From assembly GCA_032718475.1 (NCBI GenBank), contig JAUCBJ010002337.1, positions 1-56,911 of the forward strand: 56,911 nt of DNA, in the 5' to 3' direction. The position numbers were made by a program, and so were the translations under genes. Positions 34,501 through 44,329 of the stretch are shown here, piece by piece (positions within the stretch are counted from its first letter, which is position 1; every line of letters starts with the position of its first letter). Under the pieces are notes generated by a model. The model did no database searches, had not been told where the DNA came from, and worked only from the letters and a program-made list of their open reading frames with translations. This stretch comes from Nemertoderma westbladi. Lineage: Eukaryota; Animalia; Xenacoelomorpha.

Positions 34501-35643
34501 TTCCGAACCAAGCTAAACATGTCAGGGATCATGCAGGTTTGGAAATCTGCTGTGGCTGCCGACTATTATATAGGTGAGTTGTCCACTCCACAGGATAAAC
34601 TAGGAGAACACAGTATAAGGTCAGTCAAAATGGTGGCAATAAAGAACTTCGCTACTACTCAAGCAGACCTTTATAATTGGGACGAGGATGAGAGCATCCA
34701 ACATCTTAAGATACCTCGATTCCAGACTGATTATCCGGGAGTGCAAATACTCATCGGCCAAAATGCGCATGAGGCGCTGGAGACATTAGAGAAACGACCT
34801 ACTCAACCGCAATCACTTCAGACATATGCGGTAAGAACTAGAGTAGGTTGGTACCTTACTGGACCTTCCCGTAGAACGCTCAGGGAAAGACTGCTTCAAG
34901 ATCACGTCTGCCAGGTGAGTGAATGGGAAGACGATACTAGTGAGGGAGACGACCCAACTGAGGGAACACCACACTCCTCAGATAATGACAATCTTAACTC
35001 CAATGTAGATCAATGGAGATATTGCCCCAAGACGATGAATACAACTGACATCGCTTCCAGAGGAGCAACTCCTCAAGAACTGACAGATACTACAGACCGG
35101 TTAGGTGAACCCGACTTCCTGAGTAAGGAGGATGAATTGCCTCCCCATCTTACTCCGACTGAGATTAGACCAGCCAAGGGAGCGGAGAAAGTTAAACCTA
35201 AAACCCGGACGGGTGGAGCGGAGTTATTTGAACCCGGGATAGATCTGTCGGTATTACATATTGCCAGGGACGACGCCCTGGATCTGGACCTCCCCACCGC
35301 GAGTGGATCCTTCATGAAGATCAGAAAGAGCGATTGGAGCTCTGGAACATCAGACGTCTCGCAGGGACTCTCACCTCTCCTGCAGAGAGCGACGGACCAC
35401 TATAGCTCCTGGAATCGGCTTTGTGACGCCGTCATATACTTTGAGCGATGTTTCTATCGTCACTATTCCAGGACGAAGAGGAAACCTGGAATTGTATTCA
35501 GGATGCAGCGACTCAATCACCCAGTCGGTCGTTTGTGTTTACCGGAAGGGAATGGAGGACTCTCCGGAAACTGTGGAAGGCAAGATTCTCATCCCACGAC
35601 CACCTCCCTAATCCTTCAAACATCTAGGGACTCCATAACGTAA
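31558..35643 (+). CDS. Bel/Pao Gag-protease polyprotein fused in frame to the RNase H C-terminal stub; no RT or integrase
   Basis: DUF1759-like Gag (KFNGDEMKW..F, EKLRYL, L..RYGN). Triple knuckle CVLCDGPH..C / CYNCLRRGH..C / CAKCGAKHH..LH. Protease ALLDSGS, ILIG, GWYLTGP. Then directly QWRY..N..DIASRG, PDFL and YSSWNRL. Confidence 0.9.
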   Translation: MSDAKQNLSDSLLDTTESEVTAEKPHKRDAIDIYLSDYQRFLGNDELRRRLEGLSPNSEGTKLVLDAIDVEMRAANQAKFDEQLRLTRVQEEQVKKKRIEDRKTAAAAVAAAEADRKAAEAAAEAKAAAAEAAAEAKAAAAEAKAAAAAEAERKIAVAEAERRAAEETIQLELENIQENQDCINKQLTASNMQMMNRSTPKRQGYTSSEEGDTTDTEGKGNRSRLSRRKRTFHRQKLPDLPPAVRRQLNSTNLGSTEPTDQIIKIERLPTIVDEPEIIRPVLEITPSVIDTPVLPEVTSKFPLHSTKLPVPRRTAPETVQVLDPERNIHNLSPVVPRPPATMLATPASAVEWVDERRRGMDILLGQMQETVQQFKGTVRESRLELQEVQQSIALERDKLVNTQKGIPPPSVTMCQPVRSEVSHAQGVEPTRIYTASEVETPIVNPIKGNYRLVDNDIPHRTDHNPRNLYTDNLILNNTMAQESFTRQMARTEARQAVKVGEIVKFNGDEMKWLPFNEYYKDNIQNSVLSNGEKLRYLIECLEGSPKLMALRFIGHPDGLRQVWDTLNIRYGNRNNIAGYLYAKLVAPRKFISSGIIEFSDEIQEICRQLDWLGKSHEYQSAMVIRAVASTLPKGGVGTRWDKKVLYMMEQQRRDPTMADLMSFLDGEVKLQLLRQSREKTLENKVSEKPVSRRRVTPVCYTDDGESQTSQGEDSGKDTDRSYYVNKMPKDQVSKSESRPNDRREPVQKTLPTSPKRIQVRKPEERTSVHHIAQVKVSNIKPKCVLCDGPHCLNACDKFLRKSLKDRREVMWDKRLCYNCLRRGHQRRTCYSDARCAKCGAKHHILLHTEFERNSPSQVSESELHVQFSDVNDTDQSEMEGFYTDEFSDENESCYLINTTAVYRALKYEKDTDSDLTLTTSDQQPSWKAPTSNVGIREFPVVQLRVLGPQKSYIVNALLDSGSTGTFIDRELAEDIFAGQPKFRTKLNMSGIMQVWKSAVAADYYIGELSTPQDKLGEHSIRSVKMVAIKNFATTQADLYNWDEDESIQHLKIPRFQTDYPGVQILIGQNAHEALETLEKRPTQPQSLQTYAVRTRVGWYLTGPSRRTLRERLLQDHVCQVSEWEDDTSEGDDPTEGTPHSSDNDNLNSNVDQWRYCPKTMNTTDIASRGATPQELTDTTDRLGEPDFLSKEDELPPHLTPTEIRPAKGAEKVKPKTRTGGAELFEPGIDLSVLHIARDDALDLDLPTASGSFMKIRKSDWSSGTSDVSQGLSPLLQRATDHYSSWNRLCDAVIYFERCFYRHYSRTKRKPGIVFRMQRLNHPVGRLCLPEGNGGLSGNCGRQDSHPTTTSLILQTSRDSIT

Positions 35644-37301
35644 CAACATATGGAGTGGGCGTGTGACTCTATTATTTTATATTATTTTATTGTTTTTATA
35701 TTTACGTATGTATTACTATGTAATTTTATTATAATCGTTTTATTTAATTTTATTTACTAGAATATTATTTAGCGATTATTTAGTAGAATAGTGCAATATA
35801 TTCGTGTTTATTGCGTACGTAATTACTTATAATATATATTTAGTGCGACGGCAAGAAATAATTCTTTTCCTTCTTCCTTACTGTCCGTATTACATTACAA
35901 ATACGTAACTACAGTAAGATGAAATGTCCGTACTTATTAAAGTACAATAAAGCCACTACTATATTTAAGTATTATTGGTAGGCAGAGTATTAGGAATGCA
36001 AAGTTCAGATCCTCGTGTCTCGGCTAAACCAAGCTCTGGGTAGACCTTGGAAACGACTTGCCTCTTCACACTGACATTGCTTCGTGCGATATTGCTCTCA
36101 TACCGTATATTAAATAATACATATAGTAGCGTGATGTCCCTTTAACAGTAGCGTTTAATGCAAAATAAATCTGTTAAACCCTTTGACCATCTGTAATTCT
36201 AGTCGATTAAGATATCGCGGCACCCACCGATATACTTGAAAGACAAATTCTAGAATCAGTGGTTAACGTCCCCAGACAAGTTCTGGAATAAATCGGTGCC
36301 CATCTCAAATATTAATTATTTAATATTTGCAAATCTAATAAATCAAAATCTGTAAAATTCAGATCCTTCAACAATTCTAGTCAATTAAGATATCGTAGCA
36401 TTTACCGATATTCTTAAAAAAGACAATTGTCATAGAATTAAGGATCTTGTGTCCCTAGACATGTTCTAGAATCAAAATATGTCCATTTAATTATCAAATA
36501 ATAAAATTTCAGGGAATAAATTTAAATTCATGCCTTTTAATGAATTTAATAAATTGCCATTTTTACGCAATTTATAACATTCCCAAAATTCCATTAATTA
36601 ATAGATCAAGGGAGCGGAGATTTATCTTATTATGCATATGAGTGTGCGAAAGTCTCCCAAACATAGTCAATAGCCGATAAAATTCATAGAGTCATGTATA
36701 AAACAGAACATTGACTATTAAAGAATACTATTAAATAACATCCCAGATCTGTATGTATTGGAATTACCCTAATTCTACCGCTAGCTTTGCATAATGTCAC
36801 CATAGCAACAACCACGCTAGAATTAGAATTGAGTTAAAAGAACAATAGAAAGCTTGTCCCATTGAATAGCATAGGGAATAAATAGCGCACTACTAGTATC
36901 CAAGGATACATAATAATACAGTGACATTCTGGAAGGCATTGACTAACGGACAAATGGCCCGAATGTGTAATTTGTGACAAGTTGTGTGTGTGGTATTTGT
37001 GAGTTTATAGGCGAATGTTACTACTAAGGTGTGTTTACAGTAGCGAGTCGCAATTGTGAAAGTAACCCTAACTCTCCAGTAAGAACCTGAGGTGTATCTA
37101 AGCCTTTGGGACGGACAGTCGAATGACTTGTGCCGGTTGTCGTTGTCGTTGTGCGGCTACGTCGTTGGCGAAAGTACAGCGGCGACGACACATCGGCGCT
37201 GAGGATCTCGTACTGTCCGGGGGTTGATTGGGGTAGGCAGCGACGCCCGCTCGCCTAAATGTGGACTCATTATAATATGGATAAACTCATATATAGCAGA
37301 T

Positions 37302-38608
37302 ATGACGGAGTTGATAGAAGATGGTCTTGGTATCGGGGAGCGATATACTCTACTTTTACAAGCGTTTGTTGATAGCTTAATACGCGGCGACGTTAGTCCA
37401 ACTGCTGCGGAGGACGATGGTCGTTATATCGAACCGCCAATGTCCCAAGAGCAGCTCACGCGTGAGTTGGACTATAGAAAATTCGCTGCTCGATATACGC
37501 AGCGTAATGGTACGTATATGGTCTTCTTAACTACTGGTCCTCCTATCGATTTACATAATACGGACTATGTCGACTATATATCCTGCCCAGCGGAGTCGGA
37601 ACCATAAACTGAAATTCGAATGCGAAAATTCTATTCGAAATCGACTCGAAAGAAAAGACACTAAAGAAACAAATAAACGCGGTAACTCCAACGTATATTT
37701 GGAATTCTTGATAGAAGCATTGTAACAACAAATAAATATCACCCGCGTTTCCCCTACCAGACGTGCGTCTTTGGTATTATTACGATAAATGCCCTAGACC
37801 CAACTAATAAACGGAAAGACATAAACATCCACGGAAACGTTGTGTTAAACACAGTTGTGCTCGTTATATTTACTGGAGTTTCGAGCGAAACTTGTTTGAC
37901 GTATCACATATGCTCACTCGGCTCGAACGATCCTGGAGTAAACCTACGATCAGAGTCCCGGAATACTCGGTCAAACCTCCTCATTCCTTAGTTGGACCTC
38001 AGACCTGCGATCCTGGTGGTGTCGCGGATCCTCGCGGACTGTATTCACTGTTCAAAGATCTAGTGCTACCCTAACAATTAATCGGTAACACTCCGACAGT
38101 GATTTCTAGCTAGCCGCCCATCTTACCTAGCTGGATTGTGACGCGGACACCTAATATCACTATCCAACCGTATGGTCGTTCCCGTTTAACGCGATACAAC
38201 CCTTCATCAAGGTGAAGGAGAGCGTTGTACGAAACGAGTTAAACGCTATTCTATAAAGATCAAAAAGGAAACCTGCGTTTGTTCAGATAAACGTAAGTTA
38301 TAACAGTAAGTCCAATCGATAAACGAATTGGCCTTATCTCAGTTCGATTTGGAAATCTCGAATCTCTAAGAAGAAATCAAGCTTAGAAAACCCTATTCTC
38401 GGCGAGAGTTTTGGATGAACGTATCCAGCTACGAGCGGAGGAAAATCAGCTCGAGGAGAAGCATATCGAAACGGCGGATACCCCGACCATAATCCTACAC
38501 CTTCTGATGCAATCATATTGCACCCTTCACCCAGGATTTATAGCCCTCCTAGTAAAGTGGCTCGCCCCAAAGAGAAAAGGACTCTTGCTAGCCTCAAAAA
38601 CTGCGTAA
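37302..38608 (+). pseudogene. Decayed second ORF of element A, at the env/accessory position; unidentified
   Basis: Protein-like frames (MTELIEDG..., RFPYQTCVFGII.., SFERNLFDV.., DERIQLRAEE..) are colinear with element B and broken by stops and frameshifts. Confidence 0.55.
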
Positions 38609-38711
38609 ACGCCGTCTGCGTAAGAAAGACTAACTGTTTAGAGTATCTTTATATTTTAGAAACTGTGATTTGTTATATTTTATAGACTTAAATCCCATTT
38701 TCTGGGAGTGG

Positions 38712-39953
38712 TGTAAAAGCTTTTGCGTAATTAGCCGGTTATTATCCCCGTAAAGTACTCTGTGGTTGGTTTACCAGGCATAAAAAGGCCGTGTCCTTGC
38801 TGTACTGGTGTTTTGGAGGACATAAAAGCCATTTCTTCTGTATTTGTACTTTAGAGGACATAATCTGTAATTTCGTGACGTAAAAGGCTCGATACTCTTG
38901 AAAACAGTGTCGCTACCATGACGACGGCTAACGGCTGATATTGCCACGTTGCAACTTTCTGTATCTGCCAATAGAATTTGAGTTAGCTTTGATTTTGACC
39001 TATCACAGAGCTACTGAACTGAATTTTCCTATCTCACTGCTCTTTCTCTGTGTTGAACGGGAGCTTCGTGGAATAAGGGTAGCTGGTATTCTTATAGTTA
39101 TTCTTATCAGTGTTGTTGGTGATTCTAAGCCAGGAAGAACGGCTTTAGAGTATTTTGTGCTTTTATGCTTTAGCCTTACACTAGTAGGCTTAATTATAAG
39201 GACATATATCCGTTATCTGCATACTGCATACTGCAGTACTGCATACACTGCATACTGTGTAACACTGTGCATACTTTTAGAATTGTTATACTGCTATTTA
39301 CTGTCAGTTCTTCATAATATGGTTGATGAATTATTATATTTGGAATAACGACAAATAACCCCGAAAACCCAATATTCTTGATATACCGAAGGTAAGAGAG
39401 AAAGGTTACAGATAAATGATTGCGACCTATGTTGAGTGGTTTGAAGTGAATCTAATGTTATTTGATAGACCCTACATGATTCGGTCCGTGTTCCTTTTAT
39501 ATGTGACTAAAATCAGTGAAGATCGGCAGATCAGTGTGCAGTATTGTGCAGCATTGTGTATGAGTGAGACTGATAACGAAGCATTTCCTAAAGAATGCGC
39601 CATATATGTGAATTGTAACTAAGCCATATCGTTGTGAGTAGTTTAAGTCATAACTCTGTTTATATAGATAGAGCGCCACGTCCTAAAGGAACTGTTAATA
39701 TTCCCTGAAGGTGAATAATATTGTCAGAGATTATATAATACTGTCAGTCGAATAATACATTAGGCTTACATAGCAATAAGATTAAGCTGTCGAAATCAAT
39801 CTCCCGGGTATATCCAACGGGTGAATGATCGCGCACAGATTGGTTTCAACTAGTGTAGTGAATCAAATACTTGTTAGAGGCTAAAGCGATTTATTATCTA
39901 GAAGACATCCTAATTTGGCGGGTTAAACTGCCAAAGGTCTGAAAGCGCGAACA
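38712..39953 (+). repeat. Element A 3' LTR
   Basis: Matches 28074-29315. Confidence 0.95.
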
Positions 39954-40479
39954 CACCCCGACCTTCAGGTAGCCGATAGGAGTAGCGCCCACCCCTACCT
40001 TCAGGTAGCAGATAGGAGTAGCGCCCACCCCTACCTTCAGGTAGCAGATAGAAGTAGCGCCCACCCCTACCTTCGGGTAGCAGATAGGAGTAGCGCCCAC
40101 CCCTACCTTCAGGTAGCCGATAGGAGTAGCGCCCACCCCTACCTTCAGGTAGCAGATAGGAGTAGCGCCCACCCCTACCTTCGGGTAGCAGATAGGAGTA
40201 GCGCCCACCCCTACCTTCAGGTAGCAGATAGGAGTAGCGCCCACCCCTACCTTCGTGTAGCAGATAGGAGTAGCGCCCACCCCTACCTTCAGGTAGCAGA
40301 TAGAAGTAGCGCCCACCCCTACCTTCGGGTAGCAGATAGGAGTAGCGCCCACCCCTGCCTTCAGGTAGCCGATAGGAGTAGCGCCCACCCCTACCTTCAG
40401 GTAGCAGATAGGAGTAGCGCCCACCCCTACCTTCGGGTAGCAGATAGGAGTAGCGCCCACCCCTACCTTCGGGTAGCAG
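39954..40479. repeat. 36-bp minisatellite, right part (about 14.5 copies)
   Basis: Same unit as 27982-28073; the phase continues across the TSD. Confidence 0.95.
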
Positions 40480-41084
40480 CTATTGAATGATGAGCCTTCG
40501 GGTCACTTCCGGCCTCGGCCGAGTGCTTCTTTGATTACTTGTAGACCTACTTGCTACTTGTTGCTTGTTACTATACTTGTACATCTGACTCCTTGTGTCA
40601 TGATGAATAAATAATATAAAAAATAAAAACTTTAATTGGGCTTTCTTTACAAATACGAAGACTATTGGTACTATTTTGGTAACCATAATCACTACAACTA
40701 CTAATGGCATGTCATGCTTAAACTTCAATTTAAACGATGTCATGTCACAAAACCAATTATTGTTGAATTTGAATTTACCTCAAGTAGCATACAGTACCAC
40801 TGGATGAAGCATCGACGAGTTTTATTTGATTGGCTAATCAATTTTCCTTGTCTTTCATAGGAACTTTTATGACACTTTTTCTGGTGCACGAAAAATGTAA
40901 GCTATTCATTCAGCCCTATTTCCCGACAGTGATTTCCAAATAAGGAAGGACTTCAAGCGATATCACAGATGTGATTTACGACTACTAGACTTCACCACCA
41001 TCTTAAAAACTGTTCAACATACTGTAACAATTTTGCAATTCAACATCCGTCATCCACATCCGTTATCTGCAGCAGTCCCTCATT

Positions 41085-41330
41085 GCTGGGCGGCGCACCG
41101 TAGAGAGACCCGAGAGGGGCAATGTGACTTACAGCGAGGTGATAGCCTCACCAGTGGCCTTTGAGATCTTTCTTTGGTCGCCCTGGTCCGGTTCCTCGGG
41201 GAGATCGGCTCCCGCCTCCGTGCGGTGACACACGATCCGCGATCCCATCGATTCCCGTTGCGACGAATAGTGGTTGCTAGTTGTTCTAATGGGTAACGCG
41301 GCGTCGGTTCTGGCCACTGATAGGCCCATC
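41085..41330 (+). pseudogene. 3' fragment of an RLE-type (CRE-like) non-LTR retrotransposon
   Basis: With frameshifts it reads PVAFE..FLGEIGSRLRAVTHDPRS..F..RRI..VLMGNAASVLAT, matching the ..QRxSxAxQRGNAAxV.. C-terminus of restriction-like-endonuclease LINEs. Confidence 0.65.
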
Positions 41331-43056
41331 CCCTGGCGGCCTATTTGGCTGAGACGGATGGCCGGACTCAGTATGAATGAACGTTACCAGGTTGAAGGTG
41401 GTCTACTCTTTGATGTTCGTTTTACTTGTGTTCTGTAAATTTTCAATCAATACCATAATGGTTACTCATTATTCCCTGGACTGCTTCAGCATATCATTCC
41501 ATTATGTTGTTATGCAACATATGATGATAAATGTAAACTAATTTTAAGTTAACTGAATTGTGCAATCAATCGATCACATGCGAATTAACATTTAAATGCT
41601 GACAGAATAAATATAATAATACTGAAATTAACCATACCGAATAAGAAATGTTACCTCGCTATATTCCCATGAATTAAATTCCGACATTCTGCTAAACTGT
41701 GTGTGTACTACTACTGGTGTGTTAACGTGGTGAACAATACAACAGCATTACATCGAAGCATAATATGATAAACGGAATGTGGAATTATAGCAGCATACGT
41801 TCAGAAACGTAAATATAAATCATTAGTAATTTATTTCATTATAGAGTTTCATGTTTAATTGCTACTGTTTTAATTGGCGTTTGGGATAACCAACAAAACC
41901 TAAAATTCAATATCCCAGTCAAAAGTACATCAGTCAAAACTCAAAGTACTTTTATATTACGGTGTCTAACCTTTACACATTTACAACAACAGACACCTAT
42001 AAGGTGTAGAGAGGGTGATAATATTGGTAATAAAATGTCTAAATAATCTAATATATTTTTATTTTTTATACTGTGTGTGTTTGCCCCAGCAACCTACCAG
42101 TTTTTCCATTGGTATCACCGATCTACTTACTTATAGGGTTCCAATGTTCTGTGGTCTGATGTCTGTTTGGGATAGGTGGTAACAGAGTTCATGGTGCGAT
42201 TTTTTAGGTCATTGGTGCCATATAGATAGGCTTTGGGTAATCCTTTGTCCAGCTGATGAGATGTCGAGATTAACGCGTACTGGCACCGAAACGCAACCAT
42301 ATTTTTCACAAATTAATTATTTTTGCCCTAGTCCTACCCCTTTCACGGCGACAAAATTGTCATATATTTTCTTATAGAATATATAGGCATAGCTTTTGTG
42401 CAGTATACTACCGGTATCATTTAGTGTATGGCGGTTAGGTTAGGGTGCGATACATACCTGTATGTTGAGCATGTTTTAATATATTTGTTTTTTGTTTATG
42501 TCGTTTTTGTTTGCATTGTTTGTGTTGTTTTTTGATGGCCGTAGGGCTGAGCACTACTTTGGGCGTAATGTCCTGATCCTATGTTTTTTGTTAGTTTGTG
42601 GGGTGTAAGACTCTAGTGTTTTACCCATTTAGTTTATGGTTTATTTATGCTGTCTGTATGCATACAATAGTAAAAAAAAAACATAGTTAACTTTGAAGAT
42701 GTATAATTCCTATCTAAGAACCTCGGGAATCTGATCATCACATTGGCGGTAAATTGCATTCGAGTCGGGTAGTTGAGTTCTCGGTAAAGACGAGGATTAT
42801 TGGTGAAGCAACCTATATTAAATAAATCAAAAGAAATCAGATATTAAATCGTAATTACCAAATAAATTGCGACCGCCCACTGTCATACAAATCGGTGCCT
42901 TTAAGGATTGAATGGATCCAATTTCAGAACTATAATTGGATGATATCGATTGAGGTATGCCAAAAATATTTCTGAAATTTAATACATCGTGATTATTAAG
43001 CAATTAATAATTTCCATCGTTTAATTAAATGATTACTTTTCACTTTTCAATCAGCA

Positions 43057-44222
43057 TGTTCGCGCTTTTAAGACCCTTGACAGTTTAACCTGCCAAATTA
43101 GGATGTCTTTTGGATGATATATATTCTTTAGCTTATGACGAGTATTTGATACACTACATTAGCCGAAGCCAGCCTATGCGCAATCATTCACCCGTTGGAT
43201 ATACCCGGGAGACTGAGTTCGGAGCTTAATGATTGATGGTGTAAGCCTACCGTATTATTCGACTGATCGTAATATATAATCTCTGACAAATATTATTCAC
43301 TTTCGGTAAATATTAACAGTTCCTTTAGGACGTGGCGCTCTAAATATGTAAACAGAGTTATGACTTAAACTAGACACAACGAAAAGGCTATAGATTAACG
43401 TATATGGCGCATTCTTTAGGAGATGCTTTGTTATCAGTTACAATCATACACAATACTGCACAATACTGCACACTAATCTGCCTACCTTCACTAAATTTGG
43501 TCACGTATAAAGAGAGCAACAGACAATTTATGTTGGGCATATGAAATAGCATTAGATTCACTTCAAACCACTCAACATAGGTCGCAATCGTTTATCTGTA
43601 ACTGGTCTCTCTAACCTTTAGTATATCAAGAAGGTGGGGTGTCTGACTATTGATCAGTATTCCGATATAATAATTCATCAACAAATATCACGAATAACCA
43701 ACAGCAAAAGCAGTAATGTAAGATATGAATTGCATAGATATGTATGATAAGATTGTAATTAACTCGATAACAGATATACGTTCTATAATTAAGCCTACTA
43801 ATGTAAAGCTAAAGAACGCTGATATACGGAGGTGCTAAAAGCCAATGTTCTTAGGCTCTGAGCAAAAACATAACACTGAACTACTGAGTTCTGTACACAC
43901 CTCCAACACAGAGACAAAAAACGCTCTGATTGGTCAACCGAACAACGAGAGAACAAAGAAACAAAGAAACGTCGACGTGGCAATATCAGCTGTTAGCCGT
44001 CGTCATGGTAGCGACACTGTTTTCAAGAGTATCCAGCTTATCGCGTCACGAGATTGCGGATTATGTCCTCTAAAGTACAAATACAGTACAAATACAGAAG
44101 AAATGACTTTTATGTCCTCTAAAACACCAGTACAGCAAGGACACGGCCTTTTTATGCCTGGCAAACCAACTACAGAGTACTTTAAGGGAAAATAACCGGT
44201 TAATGACGCAAAAGCTTTTACA
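43057..44222 (-). repeat. Element B 3' LTR
   Basis: Matches 54889-56054 at an offset of 11832; preceded on the minus strand by TGGGAGCGG. Confidence 0.95.
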
Positions 44223-44329
44223 CCGCTCCCAGAAAATGGGATTTAAGTCTATAAAATATAACAAATCACAGTTTCTAAAATATAAAGATACTCTAAACAG
44301 TTAGTCTTTCTTACGCAGACGGCGTTTAC

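Larger units (their letters stand above)
28074..39953 (+). mobile_element. Bel/Pao-derived non-autonomous LTR retrotransposon, copy A (11.9 kb)
   Basis: 1242-bp LTRs (TGTAAAAG...GCGAACA) that look identical; 5-bp TSD CACCC (28069-28073 and 39954-39958); PPT-like TGGGAGTGG before the 3' LTR; Bel/Pao Gag-PR ORF. Confidence 0.93.

Noticed and set aside
39894-40460. 188-aa repetitive ORF, or CRISPR-like array
   Set aside because: Stop-free frame of a 36-bp minisatellite; no unique spacers, no cas genes, eukaryotic context.
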